The translations under genes were made by a program, and so were the position numbers. A model generated the notes under the pieces. That model was given only the letters and a program-made list of their open reading frames with translations, did not search any database and was not told where the DNA came from. DNA of 64,000 bases from Bacteroidota bacterium (lineage in GTDB: Bacteria > Bacteroidota > Bacteroidia > 2-12-FULL-35-15). Position 1 is the first letter of the stretch. Each line of letters begins with the position of its first letter. Below are positions 50,156 to 58,195 of this stretch, one piece after another. The stretch is from positions 44,305-108,304 of the forward strand of contig CANIQT010000014.1 of the NCBI GenBank assembly GCA_947469885.1, read 5' to 3'.

Positions 50156-50794
50156 TTAGTAATTGTTTGTATATAATTTATTTAATTGTTCTTCATTGTT
50201 TTCGATGCAAAGCCCTTGTTTTGTTTTTTCAATGGTGCATAAAAATGCTTCGTATTTATTTTCATAAAAATCGACCCAACCTGCAATACAACATTTTGTT
50301 TTGTTAGTATTCAAAAGCGAGTTGGTATAATTGCACATAAAATCAGCATCAAATTTATTAAAAATAAAGAACGAATTTTCTCCTTTTATTTTATTTCGTA
50401 TTGCAATCTCTCCAATCAAGATATTTGGCAAGGTATAAACAAATACCGCCGGGCTGGGAAAATAGTTTTCTTTATTTGATATCGCTTTTTGATGCTCTGT
50501 ATCAATTTCCAACGATGAGGAGCAGTTGGAGGTGATAATAGCAATGTCTTCAGCAGTATATGTATCAGTTATTTTATTTGTTTTAAGTAATAATTCCGAA
50601 GTAAGAAAAGCCAATTTACACAAACTATCCATTTTGTAAAATTTAGGATAGCTCAACTGATAATGTGTGTAAACGGATTTTAAAAAATCAACCGAAGAAG
50701 CAGCCGAAGAATTCGTGAAATCAGCTTTATTGTTGATGCCCACGTTACCGTTTTTTACAGAACAAACAGCAGTTATATAATTGGTGGTGCTCAT
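50156..50794 (-). CDS. Truncated KS-like (chain-length-factor-like) protein
   Basis: YPKFYKMD, PSPAVFVYTLPNI, KGENSFF. Confidence 0.8.
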   Translation of the reverse strand: MSTTNYITAVCSVKNGNVGINNKADFTNSSAASSVDFLKSVYTHYQLSYPKFYKMDSLCKLAFLTSELLLKTNKITDTYTAEDIAIITSNCSSSLEIDTEHQKAISNKENYFPSPAVFVYTLPNILIGEIAIRNKIKGENSFFIFNKFDADFMCNYTNSLLNTNKTKCCIAGWVDFYENKYEAFLCTIEKTKQGLCIENNEEQLNKLYTNNY

Positions 50795-50802
50795 TTAATT
50801 TT

Positions 50803-51975
50803 TTAATTCTTTAAATTTTCTGCTTTTTGAAACAATACTGCAGCATTGCACCCTCCAAAGCCGGCTGCTGTTTTCAGGCAATTGTTTATTGTTGCTTGCC
50901 TTGTTTCTTTTATAATGTTGATGGGAGCAGCAACGCCTAGTTCAGTATAATTATATGTTCCGATTAGTTGATTTTGCTGCATGGAATGAATACCAATGAT
51001 TGATTCAATCAATCCGGCTGCTCCAAGTGTGTGTCCGAAATAACTTTTCAAACTGTTCATGGGCACCGCAGCAAGGTGTGCATCAGTAATAGCCAGCGAT
51101 TCCATATCATCATTAAAAATGGTGGCAGTGCCATGACCGGAAATGTAATCTATCTCTTCGGGTTTCATGTTCGATTCGCTGAGAGTTTTTTGTATTGCCA
51201 GCAACAATCCATCGCCTGTGCGAGATGGTCCCGAAATATGATTGGCATCGTTTGAACTTGCTCCACCTGCAACAGTTATTAGTTGTTGGTTGTCAGTTGT
51301 CAGTTGTTGGTTGTTAGTTAAAATTATTGTTCCGCATCCTTCGCCAAGTGAAATACCATCTCTGGCAGCATCATACGGTTTTGCTACCTGTGGGCTGATG
51401 GCTTTAAACGATTGAAATCCGGCTACCACAAAGTGTGTCATTATATCGGCACCTACCACCACTATGGTGTCGTACTTGTCTTCTTCAAGTAATCGCTTTG
51501 CAAGTATAATGGCTACCACTCCCGATATGCAGGCGTTGGAAATTACCAATGGTTGATTGGGGTTATTGAAATAACGTGCTACTACATTTGCTGCTTCCCA
51601 CAAATGAATTCTGTTCGTATCAAATTTTTCTCCTTCAGTTTTGTCGAGCAAATCTATATTTCCTTTGGTGGTGGAAACAATGAGAAGTGTTTTTTTGTTT
51701 TCTATATCAATTTTTTTATTTCTGCTGAGGGCATCGGTCACCGAAAGCAACATCATTTTTTCTAATCGGGTGTATTCCTGTTTTACATTTAGCTTCTCAA
51801 ATTCGGTGTTCAGTTTTTGAGTATCTATTACCGATACAAATAGAGGCTCTGCCGAAAGTGCTGAGTCTGCGTGCAGCAAAACTCCTGTCTGCATTTTTTT
51901 GAGTTGCTCAAAGTTTTCGTCACTCGTAAATCCAAGTGGCGAAACAATGTTATCGGATGCTACAAATACCTTCAT
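50803..51975 (-). CDS. Beta-ketoacyl synthase
   Basis: SNACISG, SGHGTAT, GHTLGAAG, GFGGCN. Confidence 0.92.
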   Translation of the reverse strand: MKVFVASDNIVSPLGFTSDENFEQLKKMQTGVLLHADSALSAEPLFVSVIDTQKLNTEFEKLNVKQEYTRLEKMMLLSVTDALSRNKKIDIENKKTLLIVSTTKGNIDLLDKTEGEKFDTNRIHLWEAANVVARYFNNPNQPLVISNACISGVVAIILAKRLLEEDKYDTIVVVGADIMTHFVVAGFQSFKAISPQVAKPYDAARDGISLGEGCGTIILTNNQQLTTDNQQLITVAGGASSNDANHISGPSRTGDGLLLAIQKTLSESNMKPEEIDYISGHGTATIFNDDMESLAITDAHLAAVPMNSLKSYFGHTLGAAGLIESIIGIHSMQQNQLIGTYNYTELGVAAPINIIKETRQATINNCLKTAAGFGGCNAAVLFQKAENLKN

Positions 51976-52419
51976 TTACAAAATACCATTTTTCTTTTTC
52001 CATTCTTCAAAAAAAGGTGGAATGGTGATACATAACTGGTGTTGTTTATTCACAAAAACTTGGGTGGATTGCCCGCTGGCTGCTAGTTCATTGTCCGACT
52101 GACGAAAAATAAGATATTGAAAAATGATTTTGGCTGCCGGAGAATCGACAAAGGTGGTGTCAATAAACACACTGTCGCCATACATTACTGTTTTTTTGTA
52201 ATCGACATTGATGTTGACAATAGGGGTTAAAAAGTCTAATTTATAAACATCCAAATAACTCAGCCCGAATTGTTTTCCGAAGGCTTCTCTGCCATCTTCA
52301 AAAAATTTGATATAGTGGCCGTGCCACACAATCCCCAATGCGTCCACTTCGCTAAAGCGAACATTGGTATGCGTACGGTTGGTAATTTGCTGAATACTGT
52401 CAGATTGGTTTTTGCTCAA
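51976..52419 (-). CDS. Acyl-CoA/ACP thioesterase (4HBT/YbgC family)
   Basis: VRFSEVDALGIVWHGHYIKFFEDGRE. Confidence 0.92.
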   Translation of the reverse strand: MSKNQSDSIQQITNRTHTNVRFSEVDALGIVWHGHYIKFFEDGREAFGKQFGLSYLDVYKLDFLTPIVNINVDYKKTVMYGDSVFIDTTFVDSPAAKIIFQYLIFRQSDNELAASGQSTQVFVNKQHQLCITIPPFFEEWKKKNGIL

Positions 52420-52482
52420 GGTTGTCCCCTTTTTTTTGGGAGCGCAAATTTATCAAAAATAAACAAACGGAACGTATTATTT

Positions 52483-52570
52483 AGTCTAAAGCCTAAAGCA
52501 CCAAGTTTAAAGTTTCAAGTTCAAAGTTGTACCACCAACTTTGGACTTTGGACTTTCTGACTTTTGACTT
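52483..52570. repeat. Inverted 7-bp-period repeat element
   Basis: agtctaa-agcctaa-agcacca-agtttaa-agtttca-agttcaa-agttg [taccac] caact-ttggact-ttggact-ttctgact-tttgact. Confidence 0.7.
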
Positions 52571-52726
52571 CTATTCAGTAATAATTTCTGCCCCGGGGTA
52601 TAGTCTTTTCCATACATCTAACGATGATAAACGGTTTATTACAACCACTGTTTTGTAATCAAGTCTTACTTTTATTTTTTTCAATAAATTTACTTGTTGT
52701 GCCGGAATTAATTTTTTAGCTCTCAT
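52571..52726 (-). CDS. Small 51-aa basic protein (not in the ORF track)
   Basis: MRAKKLIPAQQVNLLKKIKVRLDYKTVVVINRLSSLDVWKRLYPGAEIITE*. A-rich leader and a minus-strand -7 box TACTTTTG at 52774-52781. Confidence 0.7.
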   Translation of the reverse strand: MRAKKLIPAQQVNLLKKIKVRLDYKTVVVINRLSSLDVWKRLYPGAEIITE

Positions 52727-52906
52727 GTTTTTTTGTTTTAGTCCTTTTAAAAAGGAGGTTTATATTTATACCACAAAAGTAGATGAAACGAACTAGGCAG
52801 GAGTTGCAAAATTTATGATATTTGTTATATAGTTTACTGATATATATCAGGTTGTTGTTATAGAATGGGCAAAGAAATTTGTAATCTTTACTCTATCTGT
52901 TTTCTC

Positions 52907-52968
52907 CTGTTGAGCGTAGCCTCTGGCTACGTTCTATTTAACAAGGCTTCCAGCCTTATTTACAACAG
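52907..52968. repeat. REP/MITE-like nested palindromes
   Basis: cgtagcc-tct-ggctacg and aaggct-tcc-agcctt enclosed by ctgttg/caacag. Confidence 0.55.
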
Positions 52969-53152
52969 CACTAGTTCTATTGTTTTTCAAAACAATCATT
53001 ATTATTTTCAGTAAAGATATGGATTTATTTAATTGTTTTTGGAAGGATTGCAAGATGCCTAAAGGGATTTTAAAGTCGTTAGTTAAATAAACCTGCCTCC
53101 CCGATAAAATATCAGGAAGACAGGTTTTGTTAAACTAAAATAACCGGATGAC

Positions 53153-53302
53153 ATCAAAATCCTGTATTTTGAAACCTTACGCCTGTATTTTCAAATCAAA
53201 ATCCTGTATTTTGAAACCATACGCCTGTATTTTCAAATCAAAATCCTGTATTTTGAAACCATACGCCTGTATTTTCAAATCAAAATCCTGTATTTTGAAA
53301 CC
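53153..53302. repeat. 42-bp (2x21) tandem array, 3.5 units
   Basis: atcaaaatcctgtattttgaa-acc(a/t)tacgcctgtattttcaa at 53153, 53195, 53237 and 53279. Contains the palindrome TCAAAAT-N5-ATTTTGA. Confidence 0.93.
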
Positions 53303-53540
53303 CTGCCACCGGATTTTCATCTTGCGTCCCCTTTTTGGGGTTATTTAATCCTGATGTCTATTGTACCGCTTCTGCCTTGCAACACATCCTGAATGCTTAA
53401 TTCTTCCTGGAAATACATTTTCTGCCCGCTCGGGTAAGGACCCATTTCGGTGTTAGCAGCGTTTGTCGATTTTTCCCATTTAAAAGTAATCCGATTGTCA
53501 GACCTAGTAAGATTACTCCAATAACGTAACATTACCCCAC

Positions 53541-53579
53541 AAAAAAAGGCTGACTCAATTAAATGAGTCAGCCTTTTTT
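53541..53579 (-). terminator. Rho-independent terminator
   Basis: aaaaaaggctgactca-attaaa-tgagtcagcctttttt. Confidence 0.88.
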
Positions 53580-53595
53580 GTAAAGTTCGTTTAAT

Positions 53596-54666
53596 TTATT
53601 GAACGATTAACTTAGTAGTACTGCGACCATCGTTTGTTTGAACACCAACAGTGTAAAAACCTTTTGCAAGAGTAGTAGTATTAATGTTAGCAAAATGACG
53701 ACCTGCAGAAAGAGAACCTTTGTTTTCTGACGAAATTAATTTGCCTGTTACATCATATACTCCAATAGTTACCGAAGTTTCAGAAGTTAATGAGAAAGTA
53801 ACTTGCGCATCAGCTGTTGTCGGGTTAGGATATACACTTAAACCAATGGTGTTTCCGTTTTCGTTAATACCAGTTGGCGATGTTCCGCGAATCATTACAT
53901 CATCAAAAGCAATCATGTTATCGTCAGACGAGTTGTGGTGGAATCCGATAAAAACGGTTTGCCATGCATAAGCATCTAACGCTACAGAAAATGGACGCAA
54001 TTGACAACGGTGAGAAACCGGAGCGGCTGTTCCTGCTGGGTCGATATAAGTACCATCAGCACCGTGAATAAATACTGCTGCACCAATTGGAGCAAAAGTA
54101 AAGTCAGCAAAAGTAGTGTCAGGGTCAGTAGCTGGTGTGCCAACCATTTCGCCTGCTCTGAACAGTTGGTGAGTAAAATAAGCACCATCGTTGCCTTGTG
54201 TAGAAAGCATTACTTCGTATCCATCTAAGTAACGAGGAGTTTGAAGCGAAGCTGATTTCCAGAACAACGTGTCGTGTGCGCCTAAAGCAACAGAAGGAGT
54301 AACCAACCAATTGTCTTCAGCGTTTCCATCGCCTAAGTTAGTCCAAGAGTTGCAACCAAGCACTGTATTGGTATCGGGTGCTGCCATAGTTCCATAAACA
54401 GTTTCGTAACGGTCAACCGGAGAAAATGGTTGAATAGGGAAATATCCCTGAGGACGAGTTCCGCCTGTAGAGGCATCAGCATGTCCGTCCAAATCGCACG
54501 AATACCACATGGTATCGGTTAAGTTTCCGGGTAAAATTGGAACGCTATCCAACTTGTTGTAAAAAGAGTTTAATTCGAAATCCTCAGATAAAAGGACAAC
54601 TTGTGCTTTTGAAGTAAGGTTAACAAACAAAAAAGAAGCAAGTACTAGTGTGTAAAGTTTTTTCAT
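53596..54666 (-). CDS. T9SS type A CTD protein with cleaved-adhesin-like domain
   Basis: LLSEDFE, DNWLVTP, IGFHHNS..AFDDVMI. C-terminal VYPNPT..KGFY..KLIVQ. Confidence 0.85.
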   Translation of the reverse strand: MKKLYTLVLASFLFVNLTSKAQVVLLSEDFELNSFYNKLDSVPILPGNLTDTMWYSCDLDGHADASTGGTRPQGYFPIQPFSPVDRYETVYGTMAAPDTNTVLGCNSWTNLGDGNAEDNWLVTPSVALGAHDTLFWKSASLQTPRYLDGYEVMLSTQGNDGAYFTHQLFRAGEMVGTPATDPDTTFADFTFAPIGAAVFIHGADGTYIDPAGTAAPVSHRCQLRPFSVALDAYAWQTVFIGFHHNSSDDNMIAFDDVMIRGTSPTGINENGNTIGLSVYPNPTTADAQVTFSLTSETSVTIGVYDVTGKLISSENKGSLSAGRHFANINTTTLAKGFYTVGVQTNDGRSTTKLIVQ

Positions 54667-54780
54667 TTTTTTTATTGATTTTAAGATTAATTAATTTTTG
54701 ATTGGCAAATTTAGTTATTTATTTTAAATGCAAAATTATTTTTGTGATGAATGGTTAATTACAGGGGTTAAACATGGGTT

Positions 54781-55746
54781 TTAAGCTTTCAACAATTCAG
54801 AAATAATGGCATCAACCGAAATTCCTTCGGCTTCGGCTTTGTAGTTTCTCACAATTCGGTGACGGAGGATGGCAGCTGCCACTGCTTTTACATCTTCAAT
54901 ATCGGGCGAATATTTTCCTTTTATCAATGAATGACATTTGGCACCAATAATAAGGTATTGCGAAGCGCGCGGTCCAGCCCCCCACGATAGGTATTTGTTT
55001 GCTATTTCGGCAGCATGCTCGGTGTTGGGTCTTGTTTTGGATGCCAGTTTTACTGCATATTCCAGCACATTATCGGTTACCGGTATTCTGCGAACGAGTT
55101 CTTGAAAATAAATTATTTCTTCGTTCGAAATTACTTTTCGCAATTCTACTTTTCGGTTAGATGTTGTGTTTTTTACCACTGTTATTTCATCCTGCAACGA
55201 AGGATAATCTAACCAAACGTTGAACATAAAACGGTCTAATTGTGCCTCTGGCAAAGGGTAAGTACCTTCTTGTTCAATCGGGTTTTGAGTAGCGAGTACA
55301 AAAAACGGATTGCCCAATTCGTATCTTTTGCCACCTGTGGTTACACTGCGCTCTTGCATGGCTTCCAGCAGTGCTGCTTGTGTTTTGGGTGGAGTTCGGT
55401 TTATCTCATCAGCCAAAATAATGTTGGCAAACAAGGGTCCTTTAATGAATTTGAAATTACGGTCTTCGCCCAAAATTTCGGAACCAATAATGTCGGAGGG
55501 CATTAGGTCGGGAGTAAACTGAATACGGTTGTATGTTAGTCCCAACACATCGGCAATGGTGTTTACCAAAAGTGTTTTGGCTAATCCAGGAACACCGATA
55601 AGTAAACAATGACCTTTGCTGAAAATAGAAATGATGACATCTTTTACTACTTCATCTTGCCCGATAATTATTTTACCAATTTCGGCATTCAGCTCTTTGT
55701 ACTTAACTACAAAAGCATCTACGGCTTCTACATCTGATTTATACAT
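54781..55746 (-). CDS. moxR: MoxR family AAA+ ATPase
   Basis: GVPGLAKT, RIQFTPDLMPSDI, LADEINRTPPKTQ, ATQNPIEQEGTYPLPEAQLDRF. Confidence 0.95.
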   Translation of the reverse strand: MYKSDVEAVDAFVVKYKELNAEIGKIIIGQDEVVKDVIISIFSKGHCLLIGVPGLAKTLLVNTIADVLGLTYNRIQFTPDLMPSDIIGSEILGEDRNFKFIKGPLFANIILADEINRTPPKTQAALLEAMQERSVTTGGKRYELGNPFFVLATQNPIEQEGTYPLPEAQLDRFMFNVWLDYPSLQDEITVVKNTTSNRKVELRKVISNEEIIYFQELVRRIPVTDNVLEYAVKLASKTRPNTEHAAEIANKYLSWGAGPRASQYLIIGAKCHSLIKGKYSPDIEDVKAVAAAILRHRIVRNYKAEAEGISVDAIISELLKA

Positions 55747-55777
55747 ATCTGTTAAATTGTTTTATTACTATATTGTT

Positions 55778-57154
55778 TTATTGTTGAGTGGTGCTTACCC
55801 ATTTATTAGTGTAATCGCAGTTTTTATAATCATCGGTGATGTGAACATACGTACCAATTAATTTTTTCTTTATCCAAGATTGTATAGCTATCTCTTGTTT
55901 TTTTGCCAATGCAATGGATTGTATTTTTTGATAATCATCTGTTAGATTTGCCATGTGCGGGGCAGTTCGTGTTTTCAAATACAAAATACGATAAGCTTGT
56001 TTTCCATCTCTGGTGCTAAATGGAACGGGTTTGGTGTATTGCCCAATGGTTAATTTATCAATTGCAAATGCTACATTTTGGTCCATTTGCCCTAGTTCAT
56101 CCATCTGAAAACGACTGGCACCTGTTTGTGGATTGATAATTAGTCCTCCACTGTTTTTACTTTCTTCATCGTCCGAAAACTTTGCAGCAATATCGTTAAA
56201 GTTAGTAGTGTCAGACGCAAGTTTGGTGTAAATGGTATCGAGTGCAAGTTTTGCTTTTAATAAATCTTCGACTGCTACCTTAGGAGCAATTAGCAAACTG
56301 CGGGCATCCACTTCGTCTCCTCTGCGCTCTATGAGTTGAAGAATAAAATAACCATACATTGTTTCGAACACTTCGCTTATTTCTCCTTGTTTTATTTTAA
56401 ACGCCTGAGCATCCCATTCGGGCACAAACTGCCCACGTTGAATATGTTCGTACAACCCACCTTTGTTAGCCGAGCCAGGGTCTTCGGAATACAAAGCAGC
56501 CAAAGCTGCAAAACTAGCTTCCCCTTTCATAATCCGATCGCGAATGTTCGAAATTTTATCTTTTGCTTCTTTTTTTGCTTCTGGCGTTAAGGCCGGTTTT
56601 TTTACAATTTGACCTACTTCCACTTCAGCATTGATTAGTGGAATGGAGTCTTTAGGTATATTGTTGTAAAACGTTTTTACATCGTTTGGAGTTACATTAA
56701 TATCACCCGTAATTTTACTTTGCATTTGCTGAGCCAATAATAAATCGCGCACATTGTCTCTTAAATCTTGTTTAAAATCGTCAACAGTTTTTCCGTAAAA
56801 AGCAGTAAACCGTTCTTCCGAGCCAAACTGAAGCAAGTAATAGTGCATTCTTCGGTCGAGTTCCTGATCCACCTGACCTTCAGTAACACTTAAACTGTCG
56901 TGTTGCGCCTGTGCAAGTAGCAATTTCTGATATAGCAGTTCTTCCAGCAGTTTGCAACGGGTGCCTTCTTTTACCGCTTCTTGTTGCGCCACCATTTGCT
57001 GGTAGTTCGATTCGAGTTCCGATTGTAACAACGGATTAGACCCCACCACGGCAATCACTCGGTCAATTATTTTTCCTTTATCCTGCGCCTGCAAGCTAAC
57101 AATTGACAATAGTGCACTACAAAAGAGTAGTAAATTATTTTTTAGATTTATCAT
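55778..57154 (-). CDS. surA: SurA-type peptidyl-prolyl isomerase/chaperone
   Basis: IDRVIAVVG N-domain and parvulin domains (YSEDPGSANKGG, ETMYGYFI). Confidence 0.88.
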   Translation of the reverse strand: MINLKNNLLLFCSALLSIVSLQAQDKGKIIDRVIAVVGSNPLLQSELESNYQQMVAQQEAVKEGTRCKLLEELLYQKLLLAQAQHDSLSVTEGQVDQELDRRMHYYLLQFGSEERFTAFYGKTVDDFKQDLRDNVRDLLLAQQMQSKITGDINVTPNDVKTFYNNIPKDSIPLINAEVEVGQIVKKPALTPEAKKEAKDKISNIRDRIMKGEASFAALAALYSEDPGSANKGGLYEHIQRGQFVPEWDAQAFKIKQGEISEVFETMYGYFILQLIERRGDEVDARSLLIAPKVAVEDLLKAKLALDTIYTKLASDTTNFNDIAAKFSDDEESKNSGGLIINPQTGASRFQMDELGQMDQNVAFAIDKLTIGQYTKPVPFSTRDGKQAYRILYLKTRTAPHMANLTDDYQKIQSIALAKKQEIAIQSWIKKKLIGTYVHITDDYKNCDYTNKWVSTTQQ

Positions 57155-58004
57155 TTATATAGATTTCAATTTTTTCATTATTTGCAGCATCATTATACAC
57201 GTCTTCTTTCATTTTCGAAATCAACTGCAATTTACGTTTGTTCAGAATAATATTTTTTATGTTTTCTTTTTCAAAATTCAAAGGAGAAGTACTGTTGCGT
57301 ATTTTAAATCCTTTGATGTTTAAAAAATAACTACTAGATGAATCTGATACTTCCACATATCTGTTATTCTGCAAAAATAGTTCTTTATTATAGGTTTGTA
57401 TAGGAATTTCTTTCAACAAATCATCAAACAACAACCATGAATTATCGTCCAAATAAAAATTCAAAGCAAACTGATGGCAATATCCTGCCAATTGTTCCCT
57501 GTCTTTCGGGTTGTCGGATTTGTAAAGTTGTTTTAGTTTATTAATATTAGGTGCTTTTTTATTTACTTTCACATAAATTACTTTTATGATATTATCTTTC
57601 AACTGAAAGTCGGATTGATTAGCGTTGTAATATTTTTCAATATCCTCGTTTTGCACCACGGTATCCAGTTTTTGTCGTACCAACTCATTTTCGTAAGCGT
57701 AAGTAATCAACGAACTGCGATACTCCTGCAATTGTTTCTCCACATTTTTTTGTTCTTCTGTCAGGTTGTTTTCGGCTTTTTGAATCACCAATGCTTCGTG
57801 TATCCAGTTATCAATAAATTTATTGAGCAAATCCAGGCTGTCTTTGGCAGGAGTATTTATAGGCACGATGTTTTTTATTTCATCCGCATATAAATAACTG
57901 TTTCCTGCTTTTGCAATCGCTACCCGTGAGACGTCCTTCGGGGCCGAATTGTTACAGCCTGCAAACAAATAAAATAGAAATATGTAAAATAACGGTTGTT
58001 TCAA
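57135..58004 (-). CDS. PPIase-associated lipoprotein
   Basis: Lipobox FAGC, FIDNWI, YRSSL..YE, IEKYY, ILNKRK. Sits in the surA operon. Confidence 0.75.
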   Translation of the reverse strand: MKQPLFYIFLFYLFAGCNNSAPKDVSRVAIAKAGNSYLYADEIKNIVPINTPAKDSLDLLNKFIDNWIHEALVIQKAENNLTEEQKNVEKQLQEYRSSLITYAYENELVRQKLDTVVQNEDIEKYYNANQSDFQLKDNIIKVIYVKVNKKAPNINKLKQLYKSDNPKDREQLAGYCHQFALNFYLDDNSWLLFDDLLKEIPIQTYNKELFLQNNRYVEVSDSSSSYFLNIKGFKIRNSTSPLNFEKENIKNIILNKRKLQLISKMKEDVYNDAANNEKIEIYINDKSKK

Positions 58005-58013
58005 GTGGTTGTA

Positions 58014-58100
58014 AATTTCGAATTATGAATACTAAATTTCGAATTTCGAAGTATGCTGTACACTTCAATATTCGTAATTCTGTGTTCGAAATTCATCATT
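58014..58100. repeat. Inverted 7-bp-period repeat element
   Basis: aatttcg-aattatg-aatacta-aatttcg-aatttcg-aagt ... actt-caat-attcgta-attctgt-gttcgaa-attcatc. Confidence 0.65.
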
Positions 58101-58140
58101 TTTTCTCATTAATTTCTTAGGATTCTTTTCTTTAAAACTA

Positions 58141-58175
58141 AAAAAGTTTATGACACTTCCTGCCATAAACTTTTT
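58141..58175 (-). terminator. Rho-independent terminator
   Basis: aaaaagtttatg ... cataaacttttt downstream of the large PPIase gene. Confidence 0.7.
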
Positions 58176-58195
58176 CAGTAGACATCAATGAAATG

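Noticed and set aside
53341..53532. 63-aa ORF next to the 42-bp array
   Set aside because: It starts immediately after a strong terminator with no promoter or A-rich leader and has no recognisable motif. It may be a gene remnant but this is unsupported.
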